64,000 nucleotides of DNA from Polyangiales bacterium (lineage in GTDB: Bacteria > Myxococcota_A > Polyangia > Polyangiales > Ga0077539), in assembly GCA_044229975.1 (NCBI GenBank), contig JBGARZ010000003.1, positions 384,001 through 448,000 of the forward strand, written 5' to 3'. The notes beneath the pieces were generated by a model, which was not told where the DNA came from, searched no databases, and worked only from the letters and a program-made list of their open reading frames with translations. The translations under genes and the position numbers were made by a program. Of this stretch, positions 31,234 to 41,268 are shown piece after piece (position 1 is the stretch's first letter; each line of letters begins with the position of its first letter).

Positions 31234-32472
31234 GTGGTCGCGGCGATTGTCTCGGTGGGTTCGGAAATCACTCGTGGCGAGGTCGCCGACAGCAACGCCG
31301 ACTGGCTCGCGGCGCGGATGTCTTCGCTGGGCTTCGAGGTGCGCGAGCGCGCCTGCGTGGCCGACGACCGTGCGCTGCTCGCGGCCACCATCGCGCGGCT
31401 CGGTCAGAGCGCCAGCGTGGTGGTGGTGACCGGCGGCCTCGGCCCGACGGGCGACGACGTCACCATCGACGCCGTGGCCGACGCGCTCGGGGTGCCTCGG
31501 GTCGTCGACGAGTCCCTGGAGGACGTCTCGCAGCGACCGGGTTCGCAGCCCGTCGACCCGCGCTCGCTGGAGCTTCCGTCGGGCGCCGTGTGGCTGGGCC
31601 GCACCATCCGCGAGCGGGCCTTCGCGGTGCGCGTGGGCGAGGCGCAAGGGGTGTTTCTGCCAGGCGATCCGGCGAGCATGGAGCGGGTCTTCGAGGCGTC
31701 GGCGCTGCGGCACATCATCGCCCTCGCGAAGCCGCGCGATGCCCGCGCGCACCTGCGCACCTACGGTCTCAGCGAGGCCGAGCTCGATGCCCGGGTGCGC
31801 GACCTCGCGACCGGGCGGGTGTCCTTCGGCTTCCGCGCGCACGCCCCCGAGGTGACGCTGACGGTGCGTGCGACCGGGGAAGATCACACCGACGCGACCG
31901 AGCGCCTCGGCCGGGTGGTGGGCGAGGTGCGCGGGCGGCTCGGGGCGGTGGTGTTTGGCGACGACGAGCAGACCTACGCCGCCTGCGTGGGGCGCGCGTT
32001 GCGCTCGCGGGGCTACTCGCTCGCCGTCGCCGAGAGCTGCACGGGCGGGCTCATCGGCTCGATGCTGACGGCAGTGTCCGGGTCGAGCGACTACCTCCTC
32101 CTCGACGCGGTGACCTACTCCAACGCCTCCAAGGAGCGCGTGCTCGGCGTCTCCACCGAGCTGCTGCTCGGGCACGGCGCGGTGTCGCGCGAGTGCGCGC
32201 TCGCCATGGCCGCCGGAGCGCGACGCGTGACCGGAGCCGACCTCGCGCTCGCCGTGAGCGGCGTCGCGGGCCCCACCGGCGGCAGCGCGGAGAAGCCCGT
32301 CGGGCTGGTGTTTCTCGCGGTGGAGAGCGCGGCGGGCGTCACCGAGCGGGTGGCGCGCTTCGAGGGCGACCGGGCGATGGTGCAGCGGCAGGCGGCGTAC
32401 CTCGCGCTGGCGATGGTGCGCGAGGCGTGCGGCGGCCCGGTGCCCACGGCGCTCCCGTCCGTGTGCGGCTGA
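31234..32472 (+). CDS. cinA: CinA family protein (MoCF-like domain plus NMN deamidase PncC domain)
   Basis: 'SVGSEITRGEVADSN', 'TGGLGPTGDD', 'AVAESCTGG' and 'SGVAGPTGGSAEKPVG'; upstream of thpR-recA. Confidence 0.93.
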   Translation: MVAAIVSVGSEITRGEVADSNADWLAARMSSLGFEVRERACVADDRALLAATIARLGQSASVVVVTGGLGPTGDDVTIDAVADALGVPRVVDESLEDVSQRPGSQPVDPRSLELPSGAVWLGRTIRERAFAVRVGEAQGVFLPGDPASMERVFEASALRHIIALAKPRDARAHLRTYGLSEAELDARVRDLATGRVSFGFRAHAPEVTLTVRATGEDHTDATERLGRVVGEVRGRLGAVVFGDDEQTYAACVGRALRSRGYSLAVAESCTGGLIGSMLTAVSGSSDYLLLDAVTYSNASKERVLGVSTELLLGHGAVSRECALAMAAGARRVTGADLALAVSGVAGPTGGSAEKPVGLVFLAVESAAGVTERVARFEGDRAMVQRQAAYLALAMVREACGGPVPTALPSVCG

Positions 32473-32482
32473 GACGCGGGCG

Positions 32483-33058
32483 ATGGAGACCGTACGGGCG
32501 TTCATCGGCTGCGTGCTCGACCTGGGTGCGACCCGCAAGGTGGTGGAGCTCTCGCGCGCCACCCGCTCGCTCGCCGAGGCGGCGGGCTGGGAGGCGCGCT
32601 GGGTCCCCGCGCCCAACCTGCATTTCACGCTGCGTTTCCTGGGAGATATCGACCAGGGACTCGTCGAGCCCGTGGCCGAGGCGATGCGCTCCGTCGCGCG
32701 CGCCACGCCCGCGTTGGTCGTGGGCGTCGGCGGCCTCGGCGCCTTCCCCGATCGCGATGCGCCGAGGGTCTTGTACGCCGAGGTGACGCGCGGCCACGAC
32801 GCCCTCGCGCGCCTCGCCGGGCGCATCGAGACTGCGCTCGCAGCCATCGGTTTTGCGAAGGCCGAGCGGCCCTTCGTGGGGCACATGACGCTCGGGCGTG
32901 TTCAGGTATCGCGCGGCGCGCTCGGCGCCGTCACGCCGCCCAATTCGGACTGCGGCGCGGGCACCGTCAACGCGGTCACGCTCTACCGGAGTGACCTGTT
33001 TTCCAGCGGCGCGGAGTACGTCACGCTCGCGCGCGCCCCTCTCGGCTCCGAGGGCTAG
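32483..33058 (+). CDS. thpR: RNA 2',3'-cyclic phosphodiesterase (2H family)
   Basis: Two HxT motifs, 'NLHFTLRFLG' and 'GHMTLGR'; cinA-thpR-recA context. Confidence 0.92.
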   Translation: METVRAFIGCVLDLGATRKVVELSRATRSLAEAAGWEARWVPAPNLHFTLRFLGDIDQGLVEPVAEAMRSVARATPALVVGVGGLGAFPDRDAPRVLYAEVTRGHDALARLAGRIETALAAIGFAKAERPFVGHMTLGRVQVSRGALGAVTPPNSDCGAGTVNAVTLYRSDLFSSGAEYVTLARAPLGSEG

Positions 33059-33193
33059 AAGACAGGATATGTCACCAGCATCGGGTGACGCTCTTGTGGT
33101 TTGTTCAGTAGCGGGCCATACATCGAGTCCGTGACGGGGCGCCGGTTGAGCGCCACCCCCCAACGACGCCACTGACTCACAGGAGAGACGACC

Positions 33194-34270
33194 ATGGATG
33201 ACAACCGCAAGAAGGCTCTTGAACTCGCTCTGCTCGGCATCGAGAAGCAGTACGGCAAGGGCGCCGTGATGCGCCTCGAGAGCGAATCGAAGGAGAAGCC
33301 GGACGTCGCGGTCATCGCGACGGGCTCGGTGTCGCTCGACATCGCGGTGGGCATCGGCGGCTATCCCCGCGGGCGCATCGTCGAGATCTACGGGCCGGAG
33401 AGCTCGGGCAAGACGACCCTCACGCTGCACGGCATCGCGGAGGCGCAGAAGGCCGGCGGGGTGTGCGCCTTCATCGACGCCGAGCACGCGCTCGATGTGA
33501 ACTACGCGCGCAAGCTCGGGGTGAAGGTCGACGAGTTGCTGGTGTCGCAGCCCGACAACGGCGAGCAGGCGCTGGAAATCGCCGACATGCTCATCCGCTC
33601 CGGCGCGGTCGACATGATCGTGGTCGACTCGGTGGCCGCGCTGGTGCCGAAGGCGGAGATCGAGGGCGAGATGGGCGAGCAGCTCCCCGGCCTCCAGGCG
33701 CGCCTCATGAGCCAGGCGCTGCGCAAGCTCACGGCGACGGTGCACCGCTCCAACGCGCTGCTGGTGTTCATCAACCAGATCCGCATGAAGATCGGCGTGA
33801 TGTTTGGCAACCCGGAGACCACCACGGGCGGCAACGCGCTGAAGTTCTACGCGTCGATGCGCCTCGACGTGCGCCGCATCGGTGCGTTGAAGAACGGTGA
33901 GACCGCCGTCGGCAACCGCACCAAGGTGAAGGTGGTGAAGAACAAGATGGCCGCCCCCTTCCGCGAGGTGGAGTTCGACATCCTCTACGGGCAGGGCATC
34001 TCGCGCACGGGCGACATCCTCGACATGGCCGCCGAGGCCGGCATCGTGGAGAAGGCCGGCGCCTGGTACTCGTACAAGGGCGAGCGCATCGGGCAGGGCC
34101 GCGAGGCCGCCAAGACCTTCATCGAGGAGCGCCCCGAGATGATGGCGAAGATCGAGCACGAGGTGCTCGTGAAGCACGGCGTCCGCAAGGCCACGACGAC
34201 CAACGGCGCCGCGACGGACAAGGTCACCGAGGCCGCCGCGAAGAAGGAGCGCCCGAAGGCGCAGGCCTGA
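33194..34270 (+). CDS. recA: Recombinase A
   Basis: '[16 protein letters not shown]', 'FIDAEHALD', '[12 protein letters not shown]' and 'GGNALKFY'; AGGAG RBS. Confidence 0.99.
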   Translation: MDDNRKKALELALLGIEKQYGKGAVMRLESESKEKPDVAVIATGSVSLDIAVGIGGYPRGRIVEIYGPESSGKTTLTLHGIAEAQKAGGVCAFIDAEHALDVNYARKLGVKVDELLVSQPDNGEQALEIADMLIRSGAVDMIVVDSVAALVPKAEIEGEMGEQLPGLQARLMSQALRKLTATVHRSNALLVFINQIRMKIGVMFGNPETTTGGNALKFYASMRLDVRRIGALKNGETAVGNRTKVKVVKNKMAAPFREVEFDILYGQGISRTGDILDMAAEAGIVEKAGAWYSYKGERIGQGREAAKTFIEERPEMMAKIEHEVLVKHGVRKATTTNGAATDKVTEAAAKKERPKAQA

Positions 34271-34276
34271 TCGACG

Positions 34277-35263
34277 GTGCTCGCACTCGCGCGACACGCC
34301 GGGGCAGCGCGGTGGGGCCGATGGCTCCTGCTGGTCTCCCTCGGCGCGTCGACCGGGTGCCCTGCCCGTCATGTGACTCCGTCACGCGCCACAACCTCAC
34401 CGCCCGCTCAGCGCGCCTGTCCCACCAGTCTCCGCGCGCTCATCCCGCCTACCTTTCAACAATGGGTGTGGCTCCGCCCGAGGGCGCTCTTCGAACACCC
34501 CCAACTCGGGCCGCTGCTCGCGCAGATCAACCGCGACGCGGGCGAGCGGGCGCTGCTCGACGAGGCCGCGCGGGTCGGTGTCGACCTGCGCACCATCGAC
34601 CGATCGCTGTACATCAGCCGCGGGGGTGGCGCGTCACTGGCCATCGCGGCGGGTGCCTTCGACGCCCGCCGGGTCATCGACCTGCATTGGGAGCGCATGC
34701 TGCCGCCGCAGCGACGCGGCGACGCGGCGCGCGGCGAGACCCGCATCGAGGGGATGCTCGGCGGTCGCTCGGTCGCCATCGCCACGGACGCCACATGCGG
34801 GCTCATCGGGCGGGCCGAGCGCGAACCGCGGCTCGTCGATCGGGTGCTCGACGATCGGCGCGCGACCGCGGGTGAGGGCGACCCGCCGGAGATGATTCGC
34901 TGGCACGTCGAGGGCGCGCCCACCGAGCTCGGGGTCACGGCGCCCGATGCGCTGACGGCGTCGCTGCGGTGGTTCGAGCTGCGCGCCGATCCCGACACGG
35001 ACGGACTTCGGGTGGTGGTGGTGATGGCCGGGCCGCTGCCCGACGACACGCCCACGCGCATGACGAGGATGCTCACGGAGATGGCCGCGAGCGGCGTGGG
35101 TCGGGCCATCGGGGCCGACGAGTGGTTGACCCCGACGACGTCACAGTGGTCGCGCGAGGGTGATGCGTGGCGCGGGACGGTGGTCGTTCCGTGGCGGGGA
35201 TTGCGGGCGTTTGCGTCGCTCACGGCGGGCGCGGTCGTCGTGCCAACCCGACAGGAACTTTGA
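34277..35263 (+). CDS. Hypothetical lipoprotein
   Basis: 328-aa ORF filling the gap, with hydrophobic leader '[12 protein letters not shown]'. Confidence 0.65.
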   Translation: MLALARHAGAARWGRWLLLVSLGASTGCPARHVTPSRATTSPPAQRACPTSLRALIPPTFQQWVWLRPRALFEHPQLGPLLAQINRDAGERALLDEAARVGVDLRTIDRSLYISRGGGASLAIAAGAFDARRVIDLHWERMLPPQRRGDAARGETRIEGMLGGRSVAIATDATCGLIGRAEREPRLVDRVLDDRRATAGEGDPPEMIRWHVEGAPTELGVTAPDALTASLRWFELRADPDTDGLRVVVVMAGPLPDDTPTRMTRMLTEMAASGVGRAIGADEWLTPTTSQWSREGDAWRGTVVVPWRGLRAFASLTAGAVVVPTRQEL

Positions 35264-35288
35264 CGCGTCGCGTGGAGCGTGATAGCTC
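35260..35288 (+). promoter_or_regulatory. Candidate sigma70 promoter for the CarD/CdnL gene
   Basis: TTGACG (35260-35265), 17 nt, then TAGCTC (35283-35288) preceded by TG-N. Confidence 0.35.
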
Positions 35289-35438
35289 CTTCAGGCTGCG
35301 GTGATGGCGAAGCAGCCCCACGCACCTCAACCAGAGATGGTGCTTCTGCTTCCTCAAAACAACGATTCACCACGGACCGGGAGCGGTACCCTTCGAGCAG
35401 GGACCGTATCAACGGCTGACGCGCGGAGGACAAGCGGG

Positions 35439-35942
35439 ATGCAATCGAGCTTCCAGGTTGGCGACAACGCGGTACACCCGGCCCACGGGCTGGGCGAGGT
35501 TACGGGCATCGAGCGAAGGGAGATCGCCGGCGCGACGAAGGCCTTCTACGTCGTGAAGATCCTCGAGACGGGGATGCGAGTGATGGTGCCGACGCAGACG
35601 TCGGACTCGGTCGGGCTGCGCACGGTGATGTCCCGCGTCGACGCCGACGCGGTGATGGACGTCTTCCGCACCAGCGACAAGGCCGTCGGCGCGGGACCGT
35701 GGAACCGTCGTCAGCGCGCCTACAACGAGATGATCAAGAGCGGCTCGCCGCAGGAGGTCGCCAAGGTGTTGCGCGACCTGTACCGCATCAAGTTCAACAG
35801 CGAGAAAGACCTCTCGTACGGCGAGCGTCGTTTGATGGACCAGGCCCGCGGCCTCCTCTTCAAGGAGCTCGCGATGGCCCGCGTCATCACCGAGGCGCAG
35901 ATCGAGCAGGAGATCGAAGCGATCTTCGCCCGCGCGAGCTGA
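35439..35942 (+). CDS. CarD/CdnL family RNA-polymerase-interacting regulator (no HMGA tail)
   Basis: 'FQVGDNAVHPAHGLG', 'VMVP', 'WNRRQR' and 'LSYGERRLMDQAR..L.KELA'; GGAGGA RBS before ATG 35439. Confidence 0.93.
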   Translation: MQSSFQVGDNAVHPAHGLGEVTGIERREIAGATKAFYVVKILETGMRVMVPTQTSDSVGLRTVMSRVDADAVMDVFRTSDKAVGAGPWNRRQRAYNEMIKSGSPQEVAKVLRDLYRIKFNSEKDLSYGERRLMDQARGLLFKELAMARVITEAQIEQEIEAIFARAS

Positions 35943-35988
35943 CGTCTCCTCCCTCTCCCCTCCTCACCCCCAGCGCACAACCCTCCTC

Positions 35989-37434
35989 GTGACGTCGGAA
36001 GCCACCCGGTCCTTGCGACCCCTGGAGTGGCTGGCCGTCTCGGTGGTCGCCCTCGCGGCGCTCTGCGCGCTGCGACTCGCAACCCTCGACACCCCGTACT
36101 GGTGGGACGCCGGGGCCGTCTACGCGCCCGGTGCGAAGTGGCTCCTCGACCACGGCTTCGACGCCCGCCCCGCGGTCTTCCCCAGCGACCTCGGGCGCGG
36201 CCACACGCCGCTCTTCTACCTCATCACCGCCTTCGCCTATCGCCTCGCCGGCGCGACGCCCGTCACCGGCCACGCGGTGGTCCTCGGCTTCGCGACGATG
36301 GCCCTCGCGTACACCTACGCGCTCGGCGCCTGGCTCCATGGTCGCCTTGCCGGCGCGGCCGCTGCGGTGCTGCTCGTCGTCACGCCGCTGTACCTCACCA
36401 TGTCGTCCGAGACGCTGCCCGAGGTGCCGCTCACGGCGCTCACCGTCGCGTCGCTCTACGCCTTCGCCCGCGGCCGCTTTCGCGAGAGCGCCCTCTGGGG
36501 CTGCGCCCTCGTGCTCATCAAGGAGACCGGCGTCGCGTGCCCGCTCGCGATCCTCGGCGCGCTCACCCTCGACGCGTGGCGCACCCGTGACTTCGTCGCC
36601 TACGCCCGACGCGCGGCGCTCGCGGCGACGCCCCTCGCGGCGCTGCTGGCGTTCTTCGTGTGGCAGCGCGTCGCCGAGGGCTGGTGGGTGCTGCCCTACC
36701 ACGCGGGCCTCTTCCACGAGCGGCACTCGCTCGCGGGGCAGTTGGTGCGCGTCGCGCGGTCGATCTTCGTCGTCGACGGTCGCGCGCTGCTGGTCGCGGC
36801 CGCCCTCGTCGCCTTCGTCGTGCGGCGAGCCCGCGGTGAGCGTGTCGACGACCCGCGACACGCCTCCACGGTGACGGCGGTCGTGCTCGTCGCGGCGGCC
36901 AACCTCGTGTTCTTCACCAAGATGTTCTTCCTGGAGCGGTACGTCCTCCCGGCGCACCCGGGCTTGCTGGTGCTCGCCGCGGGCGCGCTCTTCCCGGCAC
37001 GCGCGCCCGCTCCCGCCCGCGTAGGCGCCGTGGGTGTGGTGGCGCTCTGCGCGGCCCTCGCGCTCGCCAACCGAACGAGCGGCGACACCTACGCGAGCGG
37101 CGAGCTGACCTTCGCGTACCTGCGCGCGGTGCGTGTGCACCAGCAGCTCTTCCGCGCGATGGAGGCGCGCGGCGGTGACCCTGCGATTCTCACGTCGTGG
37201 CCGATGACCGACGAGCTGCGGCACCCATTTCTCGGTTGGGTGTCGCGGCCTCACCGCGCCATCAGCCTGGAGTGGCACCGCCTCACCAACGAGCGCCAAC
37301 CCATCGACGCCGTCGTGGTCTTCGACGGCATCGGAGGCGCCGAGGCCCTACGCCGCGAGGCCCGCGAGCGGGGCTTCCACGTCATTCGTCGAGAGCAGAT
37401 CCGGTCGGCGTCGATCGAGTGGTGGGGTCGCTGA
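35989..37434 (+). CDS. GT-C fold membrane glycosyltransferase (ArnT/PMT-like)
   Basis: 'YWWDAGAVY', 'GHTPLFYL', 'LIKETG' and 'ERYVLPAHP', with many TM helices. Confidence 0.8.
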   Translation: MTSEATRSLRPLEWLAVSVVALAALCALRLATLDTPYWWDAGAVYAPGAKWLLDHGFDARPAVFPSDLGRGHTPLFYLITAFAYRLAGATPVTGHAVVLGFATMALAYTYALGAWLHGRLAGAAAAVLLVVTPLYLTMSSETLPEVPLTALTVASLYAFARGRFRESALWGCALVLIKETGVACPLAILGALTLDAWRTRDFVAYARRAALAATPLAALLAFFVWQRVAEGWWVLPYHAGLFHERHSLAGQLVRVARSIFVVDGRALLVAAALVAFVVRRARGERVDDPRHASTVTAVVLVAAANLVFFTKMFFLERYVLPAHPGLLVLAAGALFPARAPAPARVGAVGVVALCAALALANRTSGDTYASGELTFAYLRAVRVHQQLFRAMEARGGDPAILTSWPMTDELRHPFLGWVSRPHRAISLEWHRLTNERQPIDAVVVFDGIGGAEALRREARERGFHVIRREQIRSASIEWWGR

Positions 37435-38212
37435 TCACGGTGCCTTCGGTCCACGCGTCGAGAGTGCGGCCGCCATGCTCGAAGAGCGCCGACCGAACGA
37501 TCCCCCGCCGGTGCAGCACCAGCCGCGACGCCGACTGAAGGCACCCGAGGCCGTACTTCACGCCGGGCAGGAAGGTGATGGTCGACATCTCGTCGAAGTA
37601 GTGCGCCGGGCACGACACCTCGCCGATGGGCAGCCCGAAGTGGATCGCCTGCGCCAGCAGCTCGTTGTCGAAGACGAAGTCGTTGCGATTGTCGGCCAGC
37701 GGAAGCTCGCGCAGCGCCCGCGCGGAGAAGGCCCGGTAGCCCGTGTGGTACTCGCTGAGCCCCGCGCCGAGCATCGCGTTTTCCACCCCGGTGAGGCAGC
37801 GGTTGGCCACGTACTTCCAGCGCGGCATGCCGCCCTTCAACGCGCCACGCACAAGCATCCGCGACCCGAGCACCACGTCGTAGCCGCCATAGGCCACCAT
37901 CGACGCCATCGCGGGGACGAGCTCGGGCTTGTACTGGAAGTCGGGGTGCACCATCACCACCACGTCGGCGCCACGACGGAGCGCCTCGCGGTAGCCGGTC
38001 TTCTGCCCGGCGCCGTAGCCGAGGTTGCGGCCGTGCGCGACGACCGTGAGGCCGAGCGAGCGGGCGACCTCGATGCTGCCGTCGTCGCTGCCATCGTCGA
38101 CGTAGAGCGTGACGTCGACGATGCCGGGAGGGATGTGGGCGACCGTTCGTTCGAGCGTGCGAGCGACGCGCAGCCCGGGCATCACCACCGCGATCTTGTT
38201 GCCGTTGAGCAT
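37382..38212 (-). CDS. Glycosyltransferase family 2 (polyprenol-phosphate sugar synthase-like)
   Basis: 'VDDGSDD', 'NLGYGAGQKT', 'MVHPDFQY', 'GSRM', 'SEYHTGYRAF' and 'FVFDNE'. Confidence 0.92.
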   Translation of the reverse strand: MLNGNKIAVVMPGLRVARTLERTVAHIPPGIVDVTLYVDDGSDDGSIEVARSLGLTVVAHGRNLGYGAGQKTGYREALRRGADVVVMVHPDFQYKPELVPAMASMVAYGGYDVVLGSRMLVRGALKGGMPRWKYVANRCLTGVENAMLGAGLSEYHTGYRAFSARALRELPLADNRNDFVFDNELLAQAIHFGLPIGEVSCPAHYFDEMSTITFLPGVKYGLGCLQSASRLVLHRRGIVRSALFEHGGRTLDAWTEGTVISDPTTRSTPTGSALDE

Positions 38213-38287
38213 GGGGTTGGAGGCCGCGGACGCTATCACAGCGGCGACGCTTCCCTCCGCGCGGGGGTTTGTTAGGCTCGCGCGCAG

Positions 38288-39295
38288 ATGGCCGCGACGG
38301 TCTTCATCACCGGGGTTGCCGGCTTCCTGGGGAGCCACCTCGCCGACCATTTCCTCGCGCGGGGCCACCGCGTCGTCGGGTGCGACAACCTGCTCGGCGG
38401 CTACGTGGACAACGTGCCGAGCGGCGTCGAGTTTCACGAGGTCGACTGCAACGACCTCGACGGGATGAAGGCCATCACCCGCGACGCCGAGGTGGTGTTT
38501 CACTGCGCGGCGACGGCCTACGAGGGCATCTCGGTCTTCAGCCCGACGGTCATCACGCGCCACGTCGTAGGCGCCTCGGTGGCGACGTTTACCGCCGCCA
38601 TCGCCAACCGCGCGCGGCGCATCGTCTACTGCTCGTCGATGGCGCGGTACGGGGCCAACGAGGTCCCGTTTCGCGAGGAGATGACGCTCAAGCCGCAAGA
38701 CCCGTACGGCATCGGCAAGTACACGGGCGAGCTGCTGCTGCGAAACCTCTGCGAGGTGCACGGCGTCGAGTTTGTCGTCGCGGTGCCGCACAACATCATC
38801 GGCCCGCGGCAGAAGTACGACGACCCGTACCGCAACGTGGCCAGCATCATGGTCAACCGCATGCTGCGCGGCGAGCAGCCCGTGATCTACGGCGACGGGT
38901 CGCAGAAGCGCTGCTTCAGCTATGTGCTCGACGTGGTGCCCTGCCTCGCGCGACTCGCGTTCGATCCGGACGTCTGCGGTGAGGTGTTCAATGTCGGGCC
39001 CGACGAGGAGTTTGTGTCGGTGCTCGAACTCGCGCGCACGCTCGCGCGGCTGCTCGACTTCGACCTGCACCCCATCTTCGTGCCCGAGCGGCCGCAGGAG
39101 GTGCACCTCGCGACGTGCTCATCGGACAAGGCCCGCGCGCGGCTGGGTTACGAGACCCGGTATTCGCTGGAGCAGGGCCTCACCGCCCTCATCGGGTACA
39201 TCCGCGACCGCGGGCCGCGGCCGTTCGCGTATCACCTCGACCTGGAGATCGTGAACGAGCGCACGCCCGAGACGTGGTCGAAGCGGCTGATCTAA
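38288..39295 (+). CDS. NAD-dependent nucleotide-sugar epimerase/dehydratase
   Basis: 'ITGVAGFLGSH', YxxxK 'YGIGK' and 'IYGDGSQKRCFSY'. Confidence 0.93.
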   Translation: MAATVFITGVAGFLGSHLADHFLARGHRVVGCDNLLGGYVDNVPSGVEFHEVDCNDLDGMKAITRDAEVVFHCAATAYEGISVFSPTVITRHVVGASVATFTAAIANRARRIVYCSSMARYGANEVPFREEMTLKPQDPYGIGKYTGELLLRNLCEVHGVEFVVAVPHNIIGPRQKYDDPYRNVASIMVNRMLRGEQPVIYGDGSQKRCFSYVLDVVPCLARLAFDPDVCGEVFNVGPDEEFVSVLELARTLARLLDFDLHPIFVPERPQEVHLATCSSDKARARLGYETRYSLEQGLTALIGYIRDRGPRPFAYHLDLEIVNERTPETWSKRLI

Positions 39296-39537
39296 CCGCC
39301 AGCGACCGGCGGAATCACCGCCACCTCGTCCCCGTCGCCCAACGCCCGATCGTCGCGTGCGTACTCACCGTTGACGGCGAACCGCAGCGACCGTGCGTGT
39401 GCCGCGAGCGCCGGATAGCGCGCGAAGAGCCCGTCGCGCAGCACCGCCACCGTCGCGCCCGACGGCACCATCCACGAGAACTCCCCCTCACCCACGACCT
39501 CGCGCGCGGCCGCGAAGCACAGCACCCGCACGGTCAT
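39292..39537 (-). CDS. moaD: Molybdopterin synthase sulfur carrier
   Basis: 'FAAARE', 'FAVNGEY' and C-terminal 'DEVAVIPPVAGG'. Confidence 0.92.
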   Translation of the reverse strand: MTVRVLCFAAAREVVGEGEFSWMVPSGATVAVLRDGLFARYPALAAHARSLRFAVNGEYARDDRALGDGDEVAVIPPVAGG

Positions 39538-39551
39538 CTCGCCCGCCACGA

Positions 39552-40760
39552 TCAGGCGTCCTGCAGGCGCACGCAGCGCACCGTGGCGCCCGCGTCGAGG
39601 TGCGTGACGTCGGCCTCGACCTCGGCCAGCGCGTCGGCCCACGCGAAGCCCGTGAAGGCCCCGGACTGCTGGTTGTCGAGCGGCGTCACCGTGGGCAGCG
39701 GTCGCGTCGTCTCATCCAATCGCACGCGCAGGAATTCCTTCCGTCCCGGGGCCCGCGTGATGGTCCGCGAGAGCGTCGCGTCGAAGCGCGCTCCCATCGG
39801 CCGCGTGTCACCTTGAAGCGCCCGCAAGAGCGGCGCCCCGAAGAGCAGAAACGTGAGCATCGCCGACGCCGGATTGCCCGGCAGTCCCAGCACCCGCACC
39901 CCCGACGGTGAGCGACCGAGGCACAGCGGCTTGCCCGGCTTGATGGCCACGCGCCAGAAGTCGAGCGCGACCCCTTCGGCCGTCAGCGCCTCGCGCACCA
40001 CGTCGTGATCGCCGACGCTCACCCCGCCCACCGACAACACCAGGTCGGCGCCACGCAACGCGCTCTGCACCGTCGCCCGAACCGCCGCGAGGTCGTCGCC
40101 CACCGTGGGCTCGACACGCGCCACGCCACCGCACGCCGTGACCACCGCGGCGAGGCCGGGGCCGTTGACGTCGACGATGCTCCCACGACGAGGCGCAGCG
40201 CCGGCGTCACGGAGCTCGTCGCCCGTGAGGACGATGGACACCACCGGGCGGCGGGACACCGAGACGCGCAACGCCTCGACGCCCGCCAGGAGGGGGATGT
40301 GGAAGGGGGTGAGGCGGGTTCCGGCGGAGAGCACTCGAGCGCCGGGAGAGAGGTCGCTGCCGACGCGGTGCACCGACGTCCATGGAGCCACCGCGCGGGT
40401 GAAGCGCGCGACGTCGCCCTCGCGGGTGACCTCCTCCTGCATCACCACCGCGTCGGCGCCTTCGGGCAACGGGGCGCCCGTGAAGATGCGCTGGGTGGTT
40501 CCCGCGACGAGCGCGTCGGGCCAGCGACCACCGGCCGCGGACTCACCCGCCACGGGCAGCGCGCAGGGTGCACCCGCGAGGTCGGCGACGCGCACCGCAT
40601 AACCGTCCATCGTGCTGCGATCGAAGGCCGGAACCGACGCCGTCGCGATCACGTCCGCCGCCAGCACGCGGCCAATCGCAGACGCGAGGTCGACGCGCTC
40701 CACCCCCGCGACAGCAACGTCGGCGAGCACCCGCGCGAGGGCTTCTTCGTACGAAAGCAT
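39552..40760 (-). CDS. moeA: Molybdopterin molybdotransferase
   Basis: 'FDRSTMDGYA', 'RIFTGAPLPEGADAVVMQE', 'GGVSVGDHD', 'KPGKP' and 'LPGNP'. Confidence 0.96.
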   Translation of the reverse strand: MLSYEEALARVLADVAVAGVERVDLASAIGRVLAADVIATASVPAFDRSTMDGYAVRVADLAGAPCALPVAGESAAGGRWPDALVAGTTQRIFTGAPLPEGADAVVMQEEVTREGDVARFTRAVAPWTSVHRVGSDLSPGARVLSAGTRLTPFHIPLLAGVEALRVSVSRRPVVSIVLTGDELRDAGAAPRRGSIVDVNGPGLAAVVTACGGVARVEPTVGDDLAAVRATVQSALRGADLVLSVGGVSVGDHDVVREALTAEGVALDFWRVAIKPGKPLCLGRSPSGVRVLGLPGNPASAMLTFLLFGAPLLRALQGDTRPMGARFDATLSRTITRAPGRKEFLRVRLDETTRPLPTVTPLDNQQSGAFTGFAWADALAEVEADVTHLDAGATVRCVRLQDA

Positions 40761-41264
40761 CTACGGCTTCTCCGCGGGCGTTTGCAGCAGCGCCACCATG
40801 TGACCGAGCGTCGGCCCGAGCACCGCGTCGACGGCCAGCGCCACGGCCTTCGGGCTGCCCGGCAGCATCGCGAGCACCCTCCCCCGCGCTACGCCCGCCA
40901 CCGCGCGCGACAAGATCGAGCGCGCCCCGACCTGCTCCCACGACAGCCGACGAAAGGCCTCGCCGAAGCCGTCGAGGGTCTTCTCCAACAGCGGCGCCAA
41001 CGCCTCGATGGTCTGGTCGCGCGGGGCGATGCCCGTCCCTCCCGTCGTCACCACGGCGTCGATGTCCTTCGTCGCGAGCAGCGCCTCCACGGCCGCGCGG
41101 ATGGACGCCCGGTCGTCGGTCACGCGCGTGTGCGAGACCACCGTGGCGCCCGCCGCGCGCAGCCGCTCGCCCAGCAGCGCGCCACCCGCATCGTCCGTGG
41201 CCGTGCGGGTGTCGCTGATGGTCAGGGTCGCGACGCGAGGCGCGGTGCTTCCCTGGTGGGCCAT
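40761..41264 (-). CDS. moaB: MoaB/MogA molybdenum cofactor biosynthesis protein
   Basis: 'LTISDTRT...D..G', 'TTGGTGIAPRD' and 'SRAVAG...LPGS'. Confidence 0.9.
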   Translation of the reverse strand: MAHQGSTAPRVATLTISDTRTATDDAGGALLGERLRAAGATVVSHTRVTDDRASIRAAVEALLATKDIDAVVTTGGTGIAPRDQTIEALAPLLEKTLDGFGEAFRRLSWEQVGARSILSRAVAGVARGRVLAMLPGSPKAVALAVDAVLGPTLGHMVALLQTPAEKP

Positions 41265-41268
41265 CGGC

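Noticed and set aside
33093..33109. Possible LexA box upstream of recA (GTTCAG)
   Set aside because: Only the right half of the Myxococcus-type consensus as I recall it matches; this is insufficient.
23527..34270. Functional link between the PARP and cinA (NAD salvage) / recA
   Set aside because: cinA-thpR-recA is a widely conserved unit separated from the PARP by unrelated genes; proximity alone is not evidence.
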